64,000 nucleotides of DNA from Callorhinchus milii. Taxonomy: Eukaryota. A program made the translations under genes and the position numbers. Position 1 is the first letter of the stretch; the number at the start of each line of letters is the position of its first letter. Location: positions 806,001 to 870,000 of the forward strand of contig NW_024704743.1 of NCBI RefSeq assembly GCF_018977255.1. The letters run 5' to 3'. Positions 25,965 through 64,000 of the stretch are shown here, one piece after another. The notes beneath the pieces are model-generated. The model was given only the letters and a program-made list of their open reading frames with translations. It ran no database searches and had not been told where the DNA came from.

Positions 25965-26190
25965 GGAAGGCTGTATTTGTGGATGTGTCGTCTTTTAGAC
26001 GGGATTTAACACAGAGTTGTCATCTGCCTGTTCGAGTGGACCTGAAAGATCCCACGATGCGATTCAAAAAGCAGTGGAAGTTCTCTGCGTCCTGGCCAAC
26101 AATCCTCAGATAAATTGGTCAAACACTTTCAAGGCTGTTTGGGGAGGTTAGCTATGTATAAAATGGCTGGTATGTCAGCCTACAGTCACT
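25965..26190 (+). mobile_element. Old DeuSINE-type fragment with 5' and central Deu domain
   Basis: gtcgtcttttagacggga...gtggacctgaaagatcccacg...gtcctggccaac...ggctgtttgggga resembles the AmnSINE1/SacSINE1 Deu domain as I recall it; similar relics at ~5520-5640, ~30050-30260 and ~57230-57400. Confidence 0.6.
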
Positions 26191-28354
26191 TGACAGAAGC
26201 CTTTCTTTCAATGTGGCACCGTATTATTATATTGACTCGATAGCTGAATGGGCTCTGCTGGGCTGCAAGTAGTTGCCTGAAAGTAGAGTTTAAAAATAGC
26301 CATAGGAGCGAGGCAGACGGGGGGGTTGTTGTGATGTGGCGGGCCAGTTTCCGGAGAAATGTTGGGAATCTTTTTGGAAGAGCTCTTGCGATGTGCCCAT
26401 AAAAGGAATGGAAAGGCTTCAATGAAAAATGCTTTACGACGGCTGAGGAACGCAGACACAATTTAAAACGTGTTCCATTAGCGACCCTTTCAGTCCTGTA
26501 AAAAGAGTGGAGGGGACGTCTATTCTGTTTGCTTTGGCAACGAGATTTCAGCCTAAGGATTGCGAGCGAATTGCCACGCCGTTGGAACAGTTTGGGATGG
26601 CTGGCATCTTGCCCGTGTGAGATTAGTGAGGGGCATCGGGGGTGGGGGTGGGGGTGGGGGGTCAATTGAGGCCTGTGCTGGAGAAATGTTTGGTTACGCG
26701 GAAAGATTACAAAGAGACGTGAGCAGTAAATCATTCAGGCTGTTTTATTTTCACACGGGCAGAGGACCTGGAAGAAATTTAGCTCCATATCAATAAACTC
26801 CCAATAGATTGAGGTACTCTATCTGAGAACTTGTGCAATTGGCTGCTGCGTTTCGCCCACAAAATGTCCAGTCAATTACAGTATATTCTGTGAAGTGCTT
26901 TGAGAAGTCTCAAATTGTGATATTACGCAAAAGAGGTTATATATTATTCAATCATCAAAGAGCTAAAGTAGCATAGAGTTGTTTTTTAAAAAATACATTC
27001 TCTTCTGAATTAGCTTTTTTTAAACAAAAGAAATGCAGGTGTACATGTTTTAGATCCGTTTTAATCCAGTGGATTCTTTGCATTGGCGTAAAAGTCTGAC
27101 TTGTGCTTTTACGCTGCTCGAAACCAAAGATTTATAAACTGAACTGGTATATAACATTCAGGTTACACCTCATTAAAAACCTGGCTTGGGCATTATCTGT
27201 TGTCGGGTTTCACCAAGTGTACTTTGCTCAAAATGGATATTTCAACCTGCATTGATCCATCCCGGAGTTTAACTGAACAAACTGTTTTATATTTAAAAAA
27301 AGATTACAGAACTGGAGGTGTAATCGGGATGATCTGCCGCAAATGGCGCTAAATTCCATCCTTGTTGTGTCATCTGTCTCCTCAAATCATACCGCATTTC
27401 AATTTAAATGGCCTCTATAAACACAGGGACTTTACAGTATATTGTACTCTTCCTCTATTCCTCGGCCTTTCCCCCCCCTCCTTCCCCATCTTCAGGTCGC
27501 CCCCGCAGACCTTCCTCTACCACCGTGCCCACGGTCACTTCCTCCCGGCTCGGCACTGTGCTCCGTCCCTGCCAAACGAACCTGCTCTGAGGGTCGCTGC
27601 GCTATATATAAATGCAAGTTGTTGATGTAGTACAGATTGAACCTTGTTTTGTGAGCACTTCAGTAATGAAGGCGACTTACCCGCCAGGCCATACTTTTGG
27701 CCCTTTGAAGCCGATGGTTGACCGCAAATCTCAAACTCGCTAAAGCAGACACCTCACCAGCGAAGGAAAGTTAGGCAATTTCTCCCATTGTCTCGACCGA
27801 CAATCATTCAGATGAATTGATCAGCCGCTTCATGGCTGTTTGTGGGAGCTGCTACGCAAAATTGGCTGCTGCATTCGCCCACACAACAACAACTCGCATT
27901 TATAGAGCGCACCTTATGCAGGGTAGCGTCCCAGAGAGCTCAAGTCCCAGAAAGTTACCACACTCGGCAGCAGTCGCCTGTCATTTGAATCATAAATGCG
28001 TGAAGGCGAAACCAGTCAAAAACTCTTCATAGCTCTGCGACACGGGGTGGAAAGAGAAAAATTGGCTTTGAAAGTTTTTTGACATTATGGATCTTTTGAT
28101 CGAAATACAAGGATACCTGTTACCTCTTTCCTACACGTATGAATCACACATCTCTTCCAAAGGAGCACTGGCAGGCTTGAAACGCCTGGGGTGGTTTGAA
28201 AGCAACTGGCAAAACAAGACTGAACTTATTTTGATCAATATTTCATGCAAGTTGAATGGTCCCCAAGATGCAATAAACCCTTTTCTCTTTCCAAGTGTGT
28301 TACAGAATAATGAAGCTTTTTGACTAAGTCTTCATGAATTTATTATAATCATAT

Positions 28355-28686
28355 TAACAATAATAGTCCCTGTATTTGATATAGCACCTTATCACATCAT
28401 CTGAAAGCGCTTCACAGGTATTACTGTAAATATTACTGGATTGATCGTGTATTTTGTTGGTGAAACAGTCGTGGATTGAGTGACCAAATTATTTAAATTT
28501 ATTTTTGAAGGGATTATTACCCCCGGAAAAGCGATCCACCAATTGACGTAGCAACCGGGTTCCTACTTACTGCCGGTAAACAGAGGCGTGTGGAGTAAGG
28601 AAACTTGCCTGAGGCTTCGCCCTGCCAGGAATCGAACCCGAGTCCTCACTTGCGAGGCGAGTGCTCTGACCGCTAAGATATAGGAT
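28355..28686 (-). mobile_element. tRNA-derived SINE, long subfamily
   Basis: Head, long internal segment and tail. Confidence 0.8.
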
Positions 28687-28908
28687 TTTACCTAAGTATA
28701 GTGAGGTGAAAGGGATTGGGTCAGAGTATTTATTTTTCCTTTGGGGACCCAGGTTTAACTTCGCGTCTGCCATCTCTAAATTCAAAACTTACAAATTCAG
28801 ATTTGTGAGCATTGCTGTTTCATAGAATCGTAGAATTTTATAGCAAAAGAAGGTTATGCAACTCAGCGTTGCTACGAAAGAGCTATTTACTTAATCCCAC
28901 ACAGCTCT

Positions 28909-29233
28909 GGAGTCCCGCAGTGCAAGCGAGAGGACCAGGGTTAGATTCCCGGGTGGGGCAAAAACCTTAGGCAAGTTTTCTGACTCCAGCTGTTTCTGTT
29001 TACCCAGCAGTTAGTTGGACTGGTTGTTAGTCGATTGGCGGATCGCTTTGCGAGGGGTAATAATCCCTTTTTAAAAATTTGGTCGCTCAACCTACAGCTG
29101 TTTGTGGGGACGCAGCTAGCGTGCAATTTGGCTGCCGCGGTTCGGCCACAAAATACGCAGTCACTACACTTTGCAATATATTCTGTGTCGCGCTTTGAGA
29201 CGTCTCAACAACGTGATAAGGATTACTGTTATT
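28909..29233 (+). mobile_element. tRNA-derived SINE, long subfamily
   Basis: Head, long internal segment and tail. Confidence 0.8.
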
Positions 29234-31334
29234 ATCTGTCCGGAAGCGGTCTCTCTCAGGTTCTGTGTGAAATAAATTGGCCGCAAGGTTAGAAAAGCTC
29301 CAGCAATAATTGAGGCAGAAACAGATATTCTGGATGGAAGTAGAGACCGTTCACCTGAAGTTTTAGTTCGAGCAGATTTGAGTGGGGAGCAACAGAGCGT
29401 AGCGGGAGTTTTACTTTCGGTTCACTGTGCTTTTCCTCATCTGGCAGTGTTTGATGCTGACGGTGGGAGACAAATGTGAATGAAGCTTCTCACTCCAAGT
29501 GCTGACATCTTTCACCTTGCCGAGCACCACATCCACCCGGAGTGATTTCTTTTTAAAAATGCGATTAACCTCTCCTGCCAGCACGTCTCGCGGGACTGAT
29601 GTCTCATTTTCAGCTCGCGCCCTGAATCCTAATGTTACAGAATTAATTAATTTTACCTCCACCTGAACACGCTGGAATAAATACAACAATCGCAATTGAA
29701 ATTTCTTTTTAAAATTGCTTCGCCTGAAGTCGCAAGTCCCCCGTTTCCTACAGTTTTTCTTAAACCTCTTTCCCTTCCTTACATTTTGTTTTAATGTTAT
29801 TGTCACTGCGTTCTGACCTAACCCCGCTGCCTAACCAGCTTCAAGAGCAATCAGCTTCCTTTTGTCAAGTTGTCAGCTTCACTCGATTGGTGCCTGTCAC
29901 TAATCGGTGTTTCTTGACACACTCAGATATTTATCCTTGTCTGTATCAGCGTGACCCTGTAGCGTGGGACACAATAGCCACTCTATTGCGCTTGTAATTG
30001 CAAATCTCTTCAATAAGGACGGATACAGAAGGCAGGGAAGACCACCGTTTGATTTCAAAGAAAATCTGTATTTGCCGTCAGAAGAGAAGCGAGTTTCTTT
30101 CAACATCCTGGTCAACAATACAGACTAAATCGTCATTCACTTCATGATTGCTTGTAGAGTCTTGCCGTGCACAAATTGGCACAGCTGCTACGTTTGACAG
30201 CAATTTCCCGTGAAGCGTTTTTGAGACGCTTTGCTGTTTGCCGTATCCAAAGCAAGGATTCGTATTCGAAGGAGTGAGTGGTGGGGGTGCGTGGGGGTGG
30301 GGGGGGGGTGTGGAGAAGAGAGAAACCGACCTTTTTAAAAATTCAGGATCGTTTTCATTGAAAAGAAATTAATAATAATAATCCTTGTATTTGATATGGC
30401 GCCTTATCACATTGAGACGTCTGAAAGCGCTTCTCGGGATATACTGTAAATTGAATCGACTTTGCGTCCGAAACAGGGCAGGCAATTGAGTAAGGAAACT
30501 TGCCTAAAGGTTTCGCCCAGTCCGGGAACCCAACCCGGGTCCTCTCGCTTGCTTTCACCAATACGCTACAGGACTCCCACTCTGAAACCTAAGAAGATAG
30601 GCTGCGTCCTCACTGAATTACAGTTTGCCGAGTGCTTAATGGGTTAAACCTTTGCACTGCCATCGGGAGCTGTTTGCATCAGTGTCTGTGCTTACTGTGC
30701 AAAAACAAGAGACCACCCATCAGCCCATTTTCACCATTTGTTTCCCACTCGAGAATCTCTGTGTCCTTGGCTGTCGCCCATCATTGCTCGTGTGATTGCC
30801 CGCCTCACACACGCTCAATTATCTGCCTCCCGCGGTCAGTCGGGTGTTTACTGAATCTACAACCGCTTCCTCTTGTTACCAGTTGCTCGTTCGCACATAA
30901 GGGGCTGCGGAGGAAAGGGAAGAGACTCTGGGAAATAGAAATGCAGCCGTTGCACAGAGACAGAAATATGAAGGGACAGAGTAATAATGATTCTAAGAGA
31001 TCAAAAAAAGGATTGTTCTGTGCGGCAATCACCACCAATGCACCACTACACTCTACTGTAAAGTGTGCACTTTAATGTGAAGTGTAGTGACTAATCTATT
31101 GGTGTGACCAGCAGTACTTGCCAGTCACTACGCTTTACAGGAAATCCAGTGAAGTGCTTTGAGACGTCCCCCTGATGTGAAATGCACTTATATCGAATGT
31201 GAGGATTGTTATCGACCACTTTCTTTTGCATTCAACTCCCAGCTTTCAAAAGAGGAAATCGCTCCATCTCAGTGCACCTCAAAATGTTGGCAGTGGCTGT
31301 GCTGCACTCTTTTTAGGTGTTGGCTTACTGTTGA

Positions 31335-31605
31335 AGTTCAGCCTCTCTGCCCCCACCCTCTGGATCTCCATCCCACAGTCCCTCCGCCTCACCCCACCCT
31401 CCCTTGCCTCCTTCAAGGTGTGTCTCAAGACCCTCCTCTTCGACCGTGCCTTCGGTCACCTTCCTACCCCTACCCTCTCCACCCCCCACCCCCTTCCTGA
31501 TCCCAATCACCAGCTCGGGTGCGGATCCCTGGATGTCCAGCGCCTTGGGACGTCCTCCTGACGTGAAAGGCGCTGCGTAAATGTGATTTGCTGTTATTAT
31601 TATTA
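31335..31605 (+). mobile_element. L2 LINE 3' fragment
   Basis: FSLSAPTLWISIPQSL...SFKVCLKTLLF; tail agcgccttgggacgtcctcctgacgtgaaaggcgct. Confidence 0.8.
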
Positions 31606-31659
31606 TGCCTTTGAACGTGTGGCCAACTTACTCACAGTTTTTTTTTCTTTCAATTTTAG

Positions 31660-60408
<28,749 letters not shown>

Positions 60409-61329
60409 TGTCTAATTGGATCAGGGAATCCTCGCCCCCCCCCCTGCCCCCCTCCTCGCCCCCTCTCTCCCCACCCTCCCCCTTCCCCTCTTCCCCCCAC
60501 CTTCTTCAGTAATTGTGAACTCCCTCCCACCTCTATATCATTCCCTGCACTGGGCAAAACAGCAAACAGCCCCAGCGCAGCCCTGTTGCATTCGACCCGG
60601 CTCACCGACTAATCCAGCGTGGAGAGAGCGCGCGATTGTTCCGACGATTCGAACGCCACCGTATTAAGGAAGAGTGTAAATTGATTGCCAGACGCAGAAT
60701 ATTGTAGATTGACAGAGGTGTGGGGTGGTGGAGGGGGGAGCAGTGGTGGGGGGGGGCGGAGAGAATACTCTGTGCTAAATCTATAGGATTATAAATAATC
60801 TATCAAAGGGATATATCCAGGAGGCGCTTCTGCATTTGTTCCCAACCCAGTGGCACCTCTTTGCCGTTGACCGTTGCAATCACCTTACTACATATCTGGT
60901 CATTGACTAACAGCTTCTCCATACGGTTCAGTGTCCATTCGAATGGCATTTGAACAGCACCGGTCGGCCTTTAGCTGCTTTGCAGGTAAGAGGGGAAACA
61001 CGAGGGGTAGAGAGGATTGGAGTGGAGATCGCACACAGCTGAACCATTGCCAGCGTTTTTTTTTTAAAAAAAAACACAGTAACGTCCCCCCCTCCCAGGT
61101 ACTAATTTCATGTACTTTTTCTGATCTGACATCTCACCCCCCCTCCCCCCCATCACCCACCCACCCGCCCACCTCGCCACCACCGCCCTGCCCTCCCCTC
61201 CCTCCCGAAGATGTTCGCTCTGTCGCCGCTTTGAAGGTTCAAGCATGGTATATATATTTTACTAAATTAAAAACGCCAGTACTCTGTTAGCCCCAAAAAA
61301 CAAGCAGTGTTGTGGTTTCGTCGTTAGGC

Positions 61330-61335
61330 AATAAA
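61330..61335 (+). terminator. Candidate WDR48 polyadenylation signal AATAAA (alternative at 62152-62157)
   Basis: First canonical AATAAA I found after the stop codon, followed by a U-rich tract at ~61369-61381. Confidence 0.55.
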
Positions 61336-63439
61336 GGATACGTTTTATTCAGTTGACTTATCAAATAACTTCTTTTTTTTTAAAAAAAAAGAGAGCGTGA
61401 AGGTGGTGGAAATCTTTACCAAACCCTTGCAGTCAACCTCTCGACTGTACTTACCATCAGGGCTTGGAATGAGAATGCGCTTGTCTCAGGCTGACCTGTT
61501 AATGTTTCCAAGTACCTCGCACCCCCCCCCACCACCACCCCAATATACAGAGAGAACAGGTAACCTCTGCTTAGCGCGGTCAGTAACGAGTTAAACCTCC
61601 AGTTAAACCTTAAGAACGTAAGGATTTTCAGGTGAAAGAAGCCCCAAGGTCCATCTAGTTCACCGTCCACCAAACCTGCCAGTCGAGTGGCTTCCTACGC
61701 ATTGATCGATTCAAACCAGTTAGTGACCCGTCCGGCTGCTTGGGTTTGAGGGTTACCCAACAGTAAAAGCTTCCCCTTTATTCCTTTCCTCTCTTGCCAT
61801 CTCCCTTCCCCACATCCGCTCCCAAATCAGTCATTGTCGACCAGCACTAACCTCGGTTTACAGGACGAAAGCAGTTTAATGGAGGTTCGATGCAACAGTT
61901 AATGCCACGTTAGGAGCGTGATGAGCGGGCAGCCTTCCACCTCGTGAAGTAAATAGATACTTTCGCCACATCTTAGGACTTTTTATATTATATACAGCAT
62001 ATATATATACACACATACAATACGCAAAAGAAATTCAAACGCGTGTATTTGTTCGCTGAGGGGGCAATGATTTCCGAGTTGATGAAATCTTAAGTCATTC
62101 TCCCCGACGCCTGCATGAGAAACTGACCGAAACAAACTTCACCACCAAAGCAATAAAATCAGACATTTCCCCATAGACGCAGGGTATAGTGTAGGCTGAC
62201 CTCTTGAGTTACAGTTTTTTACATTGCTTAAAAACTCTTTGCACAAGGTTTTAACGTCCTGAGAAGCTTAGGCTTGAAAAGGGGCAATGCATCACCTTTC
62301 ACGTTTAATATCGGGTTATAAAGCACAAGTCGTATTTCAGAAACCACCGCTTAAGTAACGCTGCTTAAGAGATTATGATAATAATGATAATAATAATAAT
62401 AATAAGCTTTGCATTTGATATAGCGCCTTATCACATCGTTGAGATGCCTCAAAGCGCTTCATGGGATATCATGTAAATAATAATAATCTTGCATTTGATC
62501 TAGCGCCATATCACAGCGTTGAGACGTCTGCAAAGCGCTTCAAAGCGCTGATGCTGTAAAGTGGAGTGACTGTGTTTTGCGGACATCCGTTTGCTCACAG
62601 CAGAGTCCCCACAAACAGCCGTGGATCGAGTGGCCAAATCATTACTTGTCTTTCGCTGTTTTTAAAAAAAGAGATCCTAACCTGGGACCGTGTGCGTCGT
62701 GTGCGATGGGAGCTTGGGGTTGACTTGCGATCGGCGCTGTGTGTAACGACTGGCAAAGTGCTCGTGTTTTGTAAAGAGTTTGGGTTGTGAAAAAAGCCCT
62801 GGGCTTTGCTTTTGTCAATGTTCGTCACAGGAGGCAATGTCGCCAGGCTGGTCAGACCACATCAGAGATTTGGATGAAGAAGTTCCTGCGGCGGTACGTG
62901 ACCCGAATGCCCACCTTACTTACTGTCTACCTTCTCATTACAGGATCGAGAAGTCTCTCGGTTAGGTCCAGTGTCCTGGCCTCAACCCCCAATCCCTGTA
63001 ACGTCGTCACAGCTGTTGATTAACCTGTATATATATGTATGTGTGTGTATTTAAGCTTCCTTGTGTTTGTCTTAAACTTGCTCTTTACATCCCTAACCCT
63101 CTTGTCCTGCTGTTTTCGGTCAGCTGGGGGTTTGGTGGGGGTGGGGGGGTGGGGGGCAGTGGGGTTTGGTGGGGTGGAGGGGGGGGGATCTCGACACACG
63201 CAGAAACTCATTGCCAACCTTGAGTATCCAAAAAAAACAACCCGTTCCATGTAAGTCATTTACACATTTAAATCTGTGTCTGGAATAATAATAATAATAA
63301 TAATAATGATAATAATTCTTGCATTTGACATAGGTTTGAGACGTCTCAAAGGATTCACTGTGTTTGTATCGGATGGTTATCGTGCTGGTCAGACACGTTA
63401 ACATTAATCCTCGTGGGAGAAGATTTCTCACGCGGAAGG

Positions 63440-63689
63440 TCACCGCTGCCCGTGGGTCGACGGGGTCAGGGGAAGCGAGCCTCGTCGAGCCCGGGGTTGA
63501 GGGCCCGACTGTGCCTTTGCCGGGGCCCTGGCGCTCCGACTGTTGGCGCCTCTCTCCGCTCCCGCTGACCCGAGACCCCCACCCCACTCCCCACCGCGAG
63601 CAGCGGCGAGCCCCCTCGCTCCCAGACCTCCTGCCGCGGGGACACTCGCCCGGCTCACTGTGGCTGGAACCAGCGGCTGAGGGCGTTTG
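63440..63689 (-). other. Possible terminal coding exon of a convergent minus-strand gene
   Basis: GC-rich unique sequence after an acceptor-like ttgtctcatggcttccag; open low-complexity P/A/G/S/R frame to TGA at 63440; no protein match recognised. Confidence 0.25.
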
Positions 63690-64000
63690 CTGGAAGCCAT
63701 GAGACAACAACCAACACAACCACCACCACAACAACAACAACAATGCCCTTCACACAGGGCCCTTTAAGACGAGCGGAGCCCGACCCCGAGCCGGGGAGAG
63801 GGAGGAGGTGACCATAGTCACAAATGCTCACAGTACAACCCGGACCCCGTTCGAGTCTCCCACGGCAGTTCGTCTAATCTCAATAGCTCCCCTTCTCCTC
63901 CCATTCCCCCTAAACCCCCTGTTACCATTGACAGACTCCCCTACTTTCTGGAGCTCTCTCCCTCTCTCCCTCACTCCCTCCCTCTCTCCCTCCCCTCCCT

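Overview
Repeat-rich vertebrate genomic DNA. The repeat content (tRNA-Ala-derived SINEs with Deu-domain segments, L2 and CR1 LINE 3' fragments) suggests a cartilaginous fish, possibly a chimaera; this is an inference. The one securely identifiable gene is WDR48 (UAF1) on the + strand. Its coding exons 2-19 lie at 31660-60408, all with GT-AG introns, and join into an intact 661-codon frame. The 16-codon exon 1 was not found and most plausibly lies in the assembly gap at 18213-18237. The first ~18 kb is microsatellite-, minisatellite- and retroposon-dense, with weak candidates for minus-strand exons. The last ~3 kb holds the WDR48 3' UTR, a convergent pair of AATAAA signals and a possible terminal exon of a tail-to-tail neighbour (GORASP1 in mammals). 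Almost all ORFs in the supplied track are repeat artefacts. I found no convincing new protein-coding system. The most notable signals are a co-varying LINE/SINE 3' stem-loop, a modular SINE with subfamilies, an unclassified ~600-bp repeat family and a bidirectional polyA hairpin.
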